The notes under the pieces were generated by a model. That model worked only from the letters and a program-made list of their open reading frames with translations. It was not told where the DNA came from and made no database searches. The translations under genes were made by a program, and so were the position numbers. A DNA stretch of 63,687 nucleotides, counting the filler, from Hausera hauseri (lineage: Eukaryota), in NCBI GenBank assembly GCA_046269625.1. It is 12 parts of 12 records of this genome, joined end to end, with 100 filler letters (N's around TTAATTAATTAA, not from the genome) between each part and the next. Parts side by side here need not be neighbours in the genome. Positions count along the whole stretch, not along the records: positions 38,284 to 42,365 come from JBJURY010772538.1; positions 42,466 to 46,931 come from JBJURY010567339.1; positions 47,032 to 51,504 come from JBJURY010563783.1; 9 more parts are not named here. One strand, given 5' to 3'. Of this stretch, positions 38,284 to 48,090 are shown piece by piece; position 1 is the first letter of the stretch; each line of letters starts with the position of its first letter.

Positions 38284-40467
38284 CTGAACATCTTTTCGCA
38301 TACAAGGCCAGATTACCTGATTGTGTAGGAGATTATAGGTGTTTTTGGCTCCTGGGTGATGCAGTCGGTGTACGTGATCGAATGCCCTTTTTCGGAACGA
38401 ATCGTGCAGTATTGGTCTTTTCCTACCGTGGATTGAGGTATCGAAATGTATGCCGTCCAGTAGGCTGACGTGCTTGAAATGGATTAAATCCTCTTGTGGG
38501 GGTTGCTTTTTTCGGAGTTCGTCTGCCGTAATAATCGAAGAAAAAGTCAACGAGGCCACGGGGCGTGATAAGAAATCTGCGAGAACGTTTTGCACTCCCG
38601 GGATGTGTACTATGTCGAAGTGAAAGGTCGATAAGTAGGAGATTTGGCGTTCTTGCCTGGGCGAAGGTTGCTTCATGTTGAGCATGTACAGAAGGGGCTT
38701 ATGATCAGTCTGTAAAGTGAATGTTCGAGCTTGCAGGATGTGTTTAAAATGTTTAATCGCCATGACGACTGCTAATAATTCACGGTCAAACGTGGAGTAC
38801 CTACGTTCCACCTCGGAAAATTTTTTTGAAAAGAACTCCAGAGGTTCAGTTCGGCCATTAACTTCCTGGTGTAGTACGGCGCCTGCTGCGACTGCGGACG
38901 CATCCGTAGTAAGAAATAGTTTTGCGCCTGGGACTGGAAACGCTAACAGTTCCACCGCCTGAAGTTTCTCCTTTAGTTCCCGGAATTCTGTCTTTAGTGC
39001 TTCGGTCCATTTTAGTGTTGCTCGTTTCTTTCCTGCGCTTAAGATCGACATATTTGCGGTTAATGCTGAACAATTCGGGATATATCTGTGAACGAAGTGC
39101 AGTGCTCCTAGGAATCTTCGGAGTTCGGTCGTCGTAGTAGGTAACGGGACATTTTTGATTTGCGTTAAACGGTCTGGTAGGGGTGAATGGCCCTTTGCGG
39201 AAATTAAGTGGCCTAAGAATTTCACTGAGGGCGCGAAGAATGTGCATTTCTCCCAATTGACTTGCAGATTATAAGCATTGAGGCGTTTCAGTACGAGTTG
39301 TAAATGTTGTTCGTGGTCATTTTCGTTAGGGGACGCGACCAGTATATCGTCAATGTATGGATATGCAAAGTGAAGGCCAGATAAAACGACATCGATCTGG
39401 CGTTGAAATGTTTGCGCTGCGTTTCGCAGACCGAAGGGCATGTAAAGGTATTCGAATAATCCAAAAGGTGTGATCACTGCTGTTTTAGGGATATCGTTGC
39501 TGGCGACTGGGATTTGATGATAAGCTTTTTTGAGGTCTATTGTCGAGAAAGTTTTCGATCCCGATAACCTTTGGAAAATATCTGACACTAGTGGTAACGG
39601 ATACGCGTCTGGGACAGTTGTTGTGTTCAACATTCGGTAATCGCCACACGGGCGGATTGTTCCATCTTTTTTTCTGACTATGTGCAACGGTGACGCCCAT
39701 GGGGATTTCGACCTTCTAATTATGCCTGCTTTTTCAAGTTCGTTAAATTCCATTTCCGCTGCGCGTCGTCTCGTTGGCGATAATGGTCTCGCTCGCTGGC
39801 GAACAGGTCTGTTGTGGGATGTTACGATGTTATGTTCAGTGCAGTTTGGTGTGAGTAGGGACTTGTTTTTTTCTATCGTGTTTGGGCAATGAATTTTTAC
39901 GTACTCTGTAAGCCTAGCAGGGATGGAGCTCAAAAATTCTGCTTTATGTGTTGCGGTTTTCTCCGTTTTGTTGCGTGTTTCGTTATTCATCGTGTTTATA
40001 TTTTTGGGTAAAAGAAATTTTTTTTCTCTGTTACCGCGGCTATGGTCTTTCTAGGGCAATTTTTTATATTACTTGGGGAGATGCGTTTATTTTTACAATC
40101 GACAAGGAGGTTAAAGTTTGCAAGGAAATCTGAACCTATGATTGGAAAAGTTACGTCAGCGACAGAAAAACACCAAGTAAATAATTCTGGGAATCCGTCA
40201 AAAGTTAGGGTGAGGTTTCTGTGACCTGCCGTTTTCAGTGGTGTGCCATTAGCAGCGTACAGAGGTTGGAGTTTACTACATGATTGGAGACAGAATATTT
40301 CAAAGGAAGTAGTGATAATGTGGAACCAGTGTTTATGAGGAATTTCAGTGTTGACTGAGAGTTATTTTGTAAGATTGCTGATAACAGAAATACTGAATAA
40401 TTTGATGAAGCGGTGTAAGGGACGGTTAAGCCTTTGCCAGAGTCAACCGCTGCCTCTGGCGACCTGC
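38284..40467 (-). CDS. pol: pol of Gypsy element C (protease damaged; RT, RNase H and start of integrase open)
   Basis: 584-aa ORF with RPCGDYR.LN, YIDD, TDAS, RELLA, DHKPL; protease reads INTG and is frameshifted. Confidence 0.93.
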
Positions 40468-41733
40468 TTAGTTTAAAGGTGAATTTGGTCGTGAAGGGGT
40501 CCATGTACATCCTGGGATACAGCGTTCAGCTTCGTGTTTGTATTTTGCATGGTAGATACACGGTGTTGCCTCTTTGTGTATGGCCGGATTGTGAAATCTA
40601 CACCCAATGTTACATTTTTGAGCCGCTTGTCTAAAACGCCTATGATAAAAACATACGAGGGAACTTTCGATTGACTGGGAACGTCTCCTTACGCGTGAAA
40701 GGTTCTTATTATTTCGTCTAGTGGGAGGATTATTTAATAGAAGCGCGTCTATCTTTTTGGTTACTGCTAGTACACTCTCTTGTAATAGTTTATTCGATTG
40801 ACGTAGTTCGTCTATTTCTGGACCATTATTTGTTGTAGTGGCAGAGAGTACCGGATTTTGTGTGCCTATTAGGTCGTACGCCTTATCAGCGATTTCTGCT
40901 AGTTTTTCAAGAGGATATGATTCGTCGACGGCTAGTAAAAATATTTGAAATTGTGGTGGTAGGCTGCTTATGAAATATTGTCTGAAAAGTGTCGCGTTAG
41001 TTTTTCTAGATACTCCTAATTGTTCGAGCTGGGTGGCTGCGGTTTGCAAGAACTGTGAAGGGCGTTGGCTGCCTATGGCCGTTTGATTCATATATTTTTT
41101 TATCAGTTCATCCACTGACGGTTCGGTCAGGGAACGAATGGCTTTGACTAGGGTGTCGTAAGGGTCTGCCTGTTTGAAAATGTCGACTAGATTGGGAATT
41201 CGTTGTAAATATTTTGGGGGTAGAAGTGTGAAGAGTGAGTTTGCCCGCATTGTCTTATCGTTTATGAGATTTGCAGTAAGCCAATTGCTATGGAATGCGA
41301 GCCAGGTTGTTGCGGAGTTTTGGCTATCTAAAAAGAATGGAGCACACGTAATTGTAGGGAAAGTTGTTGCTGCTGGGGGAATATTTATGTGCTCCCCTTG
41401 TGTTAACTTTGGGGACGTCGAAGTTGCGGGTTGGTCTGCAGGGTTTGTGCCGCCCCGTCCTCGAAAAGACACTGATAATATTCCTGTTGTTGTGAGAATT
41501 GTGCAGTCGGAGAGGGGCTTACTATCAGAAGGAACTACCACGCCGTTTAAGTGAAGGTAGAATAGGTGCCTGTGAACGTTTAATCTTTGAGCTATAGCCT
41601 TGTGCAAGTCACGAGTTCGTTTGTTTTTAAGGATTTGTAGGGAAAATACTTGTTCGCCAGATCTGCAGAGAATGGTAATCGCGTTTCTTTCTAGTTTAGG
41701 GGTTTCAATATTTTTACTCGGTTTTCGACTCAT
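40468..41733 (-). CDS. gag: Gag of element C with N-terminal ubiquitin-like domain and two CHCC zinc knuckles
   Basis: ATG at 41733 just after the PBS; Ubl ends SFRGRGG; IGSQRPSQFL and LAEIADK CsRn1 gag motifs; CFYHRRF..KCNIGC and CIYHAKY..RCIPGC. Confidence 0.88.
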   Translation of the reverse strand: MSRKPSKNIETPKLERNAITILCRSGEQVFSLQILKNKRTRDLHKAIAQRLNVHRHLFYLHLNGVVVPSDSKPLSDCTILTTTGILSVSFRGRGGTNPADQPATSTSPKLTQGEHINIPPAATTFPTITCAPFFLDSQNSATTWLAFHSNWLTANLINDKTMRANSLFTLLPPKYLQRIPNLVDIFKQADPYDTLVKAIRSLTEPSVDELIKKYMNQTAIGSQRPSQFLQTAATQLEQLGVSRKTNATLFRQYFISSLPPQFQIFLLAVDESYPLEKLAEIADKAYDLIGTQNPVLSATTTNNGPEIDELRQSNKLLQESVLAVTKKIDALLLNNPPTRRNNKNLSRVRRRSQSIESSLVCFYHRRFRQAAQKCNIGCRFHNPAIHKEATPCIYHAKYKHEAERCIPGCTWTPSRPNSPLN

Positions 41734-41753
41734 TAATGAAATTCCAGAGACGA

Positions 41754-41767
41754 CATCCTCGCCGACA
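41754..41767 (-). promoter_or_regulatory. Primer-binding site for tRNA-Ser(GCT), element C; LTR ends TTCACA at 41769
   Basis: TGtCGgCGAGGATG matches the expected TGGCGACGAGGATG at 12/14; AATAAA lies ~25 nt upstream in the LTR. Confidence 0.7.
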
Positions 41768-42465
41768 TTGTGAATAAAAATTGTTGAAGTCTTTATTTGT
41801 TTTAGACCTACCGGTGAGTACATACATGTTGCGAAAAGTATATCTATTGCCAATAAAAATATGTGTGTTATAAAGAAAATATTTACTGATGTACTTTGAG
41901 CATAAAGGTAAAAATAAATAAATGTTTTGGCTATTAAATTTATGATTAATGTATAGCACAGACAGTTTAAAATGCTAAAATATATTACAGAGATTAATGG
42001 CAAACAGGAAATATTAGGGAAACACAGTAATACCTTGATCGTCTGTAGAACGTTCAGAATCGTTGTCTTTCGGATCGTGTTCCTGTCGCCATTGTTGTTT
42101 TCGTTCTCATTGATGTTGACCTCGAAGTGCATCGCATTCCTGACACCATTGTTGTTTTGGGTATTAATGTATTGGTCATTGTCATGATTATTGTCATTTG
42201 TATCATCAAAAACGTCATGTTCGAAATCAACACCAGCATTATATTTGTCATCAGGATGGTCATATTCAGTGTAATTGTTTTGTCGATAGGAATCTGTATT
42301 TTCGAAGTTGCTGCTGTATCGGATAGTGTGGTCATTGAGGTGGCTGGGGTCGTCATAAAAGTAGTNNNNNNNNNNNNNNNNNNNNNNNNNNNNNNNNNNN
42401 NNNNNNNNNTTAATTAATTAANNNNNNNNNNNNNNNNNNNNNNNNNNNNNNNNNNNNNNNNNNNN

Positions 42466-44230
42466 CATGTCGTCGTTATGTTGTTGCAGCATGTTTTCAA
42501 GCTTATGAGCCATGTCTTCAAGTCTAATCATGAAATGTGCTGCTGCACCTGGACCCTGAATATATATGGCTCACTGTCCAATCCTTTAGCATACATGCAA
42601 TACGATGATAGTTCGTGGTATTGGTATGCCGTTGTTCTATTATGCTGAGGATTGGGACTGCATGTGTGAACTTGTCTGAGAATGGCGGCAAAGTCGCAAT
42701 AGATTACAATTGGGACCTTGATTATCTTCTCAAATTCCTTAAATTCGATATAGTCCTCTTTGGGAAATTCTGGCCATACACAATAATTGTTCTTGCAGTA
42801 CATCTTGTGCTCCTTCAACTTCTCCGCAGCTAACTTACCGATGAAATGCGATAAGCATCTTTTGTATATTTCAATTCCATGTTCATGACTTGTTATGACT
42901 CCATTCACTGTCCAATCCTTTGGCATACGTACAATACGATGATAATTCGTGATATTTGTATGCCGTTGTACTCTATGTTGAGGACTGGGACTGCATGTAT
43001 GAACTGGCCTGAGAATGGCCTCAGAGTCGCAATNNNNNNNNNNTCGCAATAGATGACAATTGGGACCCTGATCTTCTTCTAGAATTCCTTAAATTCGATA
43101 TAGTCCTCTTCGGGGAATTCTGACCTTACAAAATAATTGTTCTTGCAGTACATCTTGTGCTCCTTCAGCTTCTCTACAGCCAACCTACCGCTGAAATGCG
43201 ATAAACATCTTTTACATATTTTTCTATTCCGTGTTCATGATTTGTTATTTGGGATCTGACTAGACACTCAAAATTCTTTATCCACACATAATGTTTCTTA
43301 TCGTCATCGTCTAGTAGGAGCAGATCCCTATGATCTTCCAATTTATCATCACATATTTGCAAGGGGTAGAATTTGTCCTCTTCATCCAATCCAATGATAT
43401 TGATGGACATGTTTTGATGCGGCTGAACTTTTTGGTTTCATCTATGGATGGAAGGAATGTAATACACTGAAAGTCATAGTTGTGTTGGAAATTATTATAT
43501 AGCCAAATCCGATCTGCTGCATGCCTTTGATACAAGTGTTGATAGAATGGCATACATGAAGCACATGTTGTCATTATTCTGAACAGTGACACATGCTTTT
43601 TATTAGCGGTCCATTCCGGAAGCTGTATAGATGAAATGCCTCACATGGGGGAATATCTGTGTACATATATAAGCAGTCTCTTGATGGTTGACAGAGCCCA
43701 TCCACTCTTCTATCCTGGCTCTCATCGACTTCACGGATTAGCTTCGTATGCTCTTCATGCAGTCAATCAGCTATCAATGTGTTTTCCAATATGGGCCTAT
43801 GTTTGGTCTTGAAAGCCCTATTTGATTCTTCAGCATGGACATTGACGTATGTGGCCTAAAGTTTCATATTAACCGTAAGGGCCTTGAGCTCAGTCATATT
43901 GTCCTGGAGGATTCCCATTGTTTCTTCCTTTGCATATTCCAGAAACTCCTTGATGGTTCTTTGCCCAGCTGCATCAATGACATATTTGCGGATTTTATTC
44001 TTTAATGCAGCAGCATCAACTGGCCGCTGTCTTTGGCTTTTATGCAGAGCTGCTACGCCTGTTGAACCTGAGGCATCTGATAGATCTGATGGGCGTTTTA
44101 TTCCTGCGGACTGTACTGCGGACTGTACTGCGGACTGTACTCTGGATTGTACTGCGGACTGTACTGCGGACTGCACTGCGGACTGTACTGTGGACTGTAC
44201 TGCGTACTGTGCAATTGGTCTATGCTCATT
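42466..44230 (-). pseudogene. polB: Second pPolB (N-terminal half), frameshifted, with an internal duplication near 42590-43170
   Basis: Clearly homologous to 10700-12090 (KALTVNMKL, DHRDLLLLD, KHYVWIK, VIYCDF). Confidence 0.88.
44105..44213 (-). repeat. 12-bp tandem repeat (ctgtactgcgga), about 9 copies, encoding QSAV
   Basis: Directly visible; in frame with the polB N-terminus. Confidence 0.9.
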
Positions 44231-44293
44231 AAATATGATCTTCTTGGACTTTGATGCAAAGTCAGTCAGATGATGCTTATGATCTTCATAGAA

Positions 44294-44704
44294 CTATATG
44301 TATTCACCATCACATACTGTCTCACATCCTGGGCATATATAATAAAGGATCCAATTGAATTTGTGGCAATAATAGATCCTCATGGTATTGTGACAATTCT
44401 CGGGGCTATGTATGGTACATGTGCAATACATATATAAACTGCACCTTTTGTTTTCTTTTGACACGATAGACGTTTTTGGCATATTGTTATAGAATATTTC
44501 TTTTTTCGATTTAACGAAGGGTATCAAGTGTCGTTTATGTACATTGTAGAATTTCTCGTACCCTGTCCTGCACACTACCTCACATGTAGGACATATATAG
44601 TATTGAATTCTGTTGAATATATGGTCATAGTATTTCATCATGGTACTATGGCAGGTTTCTAGCTCATGGATTGGAGCCAGATATTCTTGGTACAGTTTGC
44701 ACAT
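44294..44704 (-). CDS. Unknown two-repeat CxxC ORF upstream of polB
   Basis: Two copies of CH.TM..YY...FN.I.YYICP.CE.VC. Confidence 0.65.
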   Translation of the reverse strand: MCKLYQEYLAPIHELETCHSTMMKYYDHIFNRIQYYICPTCEVVCRTGYEKFYNVHKRHLIPFVKSKKEIFYNNMPKTSIVSKENKRCSLYMYCTCTIHSPENCHNTMRIYYCHKFNWILYYICPGCETVCDGEYI

Positions 44705-45579
44705 CTAAAACAAAAGCAATTATTTGATGAAGACAAAATAAGAAAAAACTTACCATTCTCGGAAGTGATTTTGGAAGTGAATTTGGAATTAATGAAAAAT
44801 ATAGCTATGTCAACGTGCATTGTCTGATTTTGATAATTGATGCGGTAAAACAAAACACATGTACGGAAATAATTTTAATGGTGGGACAAATTTGGCACCG
44901 CATATTGTTTGCCAATATGTTGTATTATCAACATAATGTACATTTGTTTTAATGCATCAAATGCATGAACTTGTCACGTACTTATCGCTTGTCATGCGTT
45001 TGTTTTAATGCATCAAATGATTTAAATATCTGACAGCGCCATATTCGAATAGGTTTTCGACCATGGGGAATCGGTTCAAGCCATCTGATTCTTCGAATAA
45101 TGCACTCTTGACCAAATATTCGAGTTCGAATCGATAATTCTTCGAGTTCAAATAATGTTTTCGATCATCTATTATCATATTCACATTCCGCACATATACT
45201 TTCCTATTACGCCAGGCTGTTAGATTTATCGATTTCCGTTTCACTGCGCTTAAAATCCACATTTGCTTATTTCGAAATATTGATTTTATGCCTATATAGT
45301 ACATTTTCATGGAATAATTTTTATGTATCTAGAGGTACTCATATAAGGGTAATCGATTCCCGCTGTTAGATTTTTCGAATAGTTCGATATTCGATATTCG
45401 AGCTCGAAAATTTTCGATTATCAAATTTTCGACTCGAAATTAGAGTTTCCCGTAGCCCATTTCGTATGTGGCCCCACTCAATGTTATATCGAATTTTGCT
45501 TCCTTAACACTTAAAAAACATCGTAAATATGGCCCATTTGTGCTTTCGATCGATATTGTTCGTTAACTGATCGATAAAT

Positions 45580-46392
45580 TTAAATTCTAACTGCACATTC
45601 GTATACTACACCATGTTTTCTTTCGATTGCACTCGGTCAAATGCACCAATCATCCATATTGGAAATATCGGAAATTCAATATTATTGATTTTTGCACACT
45701 TCCACACATGTTTTTGCACTGCAAACCACATACCAAGGTGCATCTCGATGTGCTCTATCCACCTGCACTCGATTGCATTCAATTTCATCATTCCTACGCT
45801 GCACAACTGCACATTGGTGTAAAGTGAAAAAGTGCTCTGGCAACCGTATCCAAGTATACACCGCATTCAAGTTTTGAACTGATCAAAAGTACATCATCTA
45901 CTGCACACGCCAGTATATGCGCCATATTGATTTTATTGAATTAAAATTTATAGGCGAAAGGCCTGTAGCGGTTCTGCACCACTTGGAATTATTTGAAAAC
46001 CAATCAATATATTTGAATTCTAACTGCACATACACACAGTCCATCATGCGTGCTTCCGATTGCACCCGGTCCTAGGTGCTAATCATCAATATTAGATTTA
46101 TCGGAAATCCAATATTGTTGATTTTTGCACACTTGCACATGTGCTGTACACCTACACTCTGCACTAATCGATGCATCTCGATGTGTTCTATCGATTAGGA
46201 CTTTGTCCCGATTGATTCGATCAATACTGCACTGTGCAGCGATCGATTTGTCAAATGTGCAAAAGTGACCCTAACAACGGTGCCTAACGACACCGTTGCT
46301 AGGCACTTGATCGATCGATTGAGCACTGTGAGCACTATCGATTGGCACATGTGCAATATTGATTCTGTACACCCGTCCCCTCCTCCGGGTGA
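45580..46392. repeat. Two tandem ~433-bp TGCA/ATCGAT-rich units
   Basis: AATTCTAACTGCACA at ~45583 and ~46016; third copy at 51605-51970. Confidence 0.85.
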
Positions 46393-46399
46393 TGCAGCC

Positions 46400-46931
46400 T
46401 GCCATTTTAACACTACTAGCCATTATGAGCGAATGTTATGATTTCTTTATACTCATGCTTATTCAATCACAAGCACCCTTACACATACCCAATATAGATG
46501 GAGATATTCTCTTATTACTTGCTATACGCCATGGTCGACATAACCTTGCAATTCTGATATTCGATTATGCCTATGACAACAAAGTATTTCAAGCTATTTT
46601 TCAACCACAATTACGTAGTACACAATTACATCATACAACAGTATTCAAACAATTCCTCTTATTGGAAACCTTTCTAATAAGAAATTCGATAACGGAACTT
46701 ACTTATTTGACGTAAATTACGCTCATGGTTCATATGAGGAGACTCCCCTTATAATTGCACTTTTAACTCGAACCTATGGGCAATCTTCGTCCTGATGCGA
46801 CGACCAAATATTCCTCCAGAAACTCACAATTATCGAAGCCCAACAATCAATGATATACTGATAAGTGATCCGATGATTAGCTCCTTCGAACATGAACGCT
46901 TATTAGCTATTATGCGCCGCAAAATAGTGGT
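46400..46931 (+). pseudogene. Ankyrin-repeat gene fragment
   Basis: LHIPNIDGDILLLLAIRHGR.NLA and DVNY..ETPLIIAL. Confidence 0.55.
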
Positions 46932-47031
46932 NNNNNNNNNNNNNNNNNNNNNNNNNNNNNNNNNNNNNNNNNNNNTTAATTAATTAANNNNNNNNNNNNN
47001 NNNNNNNNNNNNNNNNNNNNNNNNNNNNNNN

Positions 47032-47735
47032 CTACGCATCCTATGCCACGAAAACAAGAATTGGCTGGATGCTTTACCCATCGTGCTATTAGGATGGAGA
47101 AACACTCCAAACACTAGCACTGATGCCTCTCCGGCACAACTATTATTTGGTGCCCACATCACATTCCAACAAGATTTGGTGAGCAACGAGGAAGTAACTT
47201 CAATTCCTGCTTTCAACCAAGCCCGGAAGCATTTCCTGTCAATAGACATAAACCCTGCATTCCACAACAATCACAAAAGACCAATCATGCCAAAAAACTT
47301 ACGAGATGCATCCTTTGTCTGGCTCAAAAGCCAGCAAAGACACGGTTTTGAACCATACTACACGGGCACTACAAGGTCATAGAAATCACTGAGCACAACG
47401 CCAAAATACTGTGCGACAATGAAGAACATATAGTCCACTTGTCGAATGTAAAACCCGAATTCAGTTATCACGATTCCGATACCGAAGATGTTATAAAACA
47501 AAACATACCCAGCACGTCAGAGGTAGACAAACCTCGACAAAACTGCGATAGAATTGATCCATTCAATATGGACACTCCAGTGGCCTATGACCCAACCCCG
47601 GTCCAAGCTGAAACAAATATTACTCCAACGCCCATACTTCCGGAAACGGAACGTACAACAATACTCAACCAAACCCCTGCTGCACCGGTGTCGAGTCGCA
47701 CCAGGAGTGCATCAAAGGTACTTAAACTTCATTAA
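47032..47735 (+). mobile_element. pol: Integrase C-terminus of Gypsy element F
   Basis: WLDALPIVLLGWRNTP..SPAQLLFG, FEPYYTG.YKV (GPY/F module), VHLSNVKP. Confidence 0.85.
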
Positions 47736-47760
47736 AACCCTACAAGCTTGACAGAAAAAA

Positions 47761-47883
47761 TGCCTGATTGCATGCAGCATGCACGTCGCATTAAAGCAGG
47801 TGGGAATCAAACCCACAGTGTCACATTGACACTCACTCATTCCGCTTTTAATAAGCGACGAACACGCCACACACAACCAGGCG
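47761..47883 (-). ncRNA. tRNA-headed long-hairpin RNA, copy 1 (followed by T6)
   Basis: ~38-bp stem with many G-U pairs on the minus strand, AGTGTC/GACACT arm, T-arm GTGGG-TTTGATT-CCCAC. Confidence 0.65.
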
Positions 47884-47967
47884 TGCACAGTTTTGAAATT
47901 AAACGTAGTAAAACTATGAACACATAAAACCTATCGATACGGCCCACCTCGATATCATTGATTTAAA

Positions 47968-48090
47968 TACCTGGTTGCACGTAGCGCAACGCTGCACCAA
48001 AACAGGTGGGAATCGAACCCACAGTGCCAATACCGGCACTCACTCATGCCGTTTTTCATGGGCTGCGATTGCGCTACATGCAACCATGCA
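47968..48090 (-). ncRNA. tRNA-headed long-hairpin RNA, copy 2
   Basis: Same fold with different stem sequence; T-arm GTGGG-TTCGATT-CCCAC carries a perfect B box. Confidence 0.65.

Noticed and set aside
41734-42132. Hydrophobic N-terminal extension of the 554-aa gag ORF as an env-like segment
   Set aside because: It runs through the LTR end and PBS; the likely start is the ATG at 41733
35439-42365. Elements E and C read as one continuous or tandem retrotransposon
   Set aside because: Separated by a linker, and both contain their own RT
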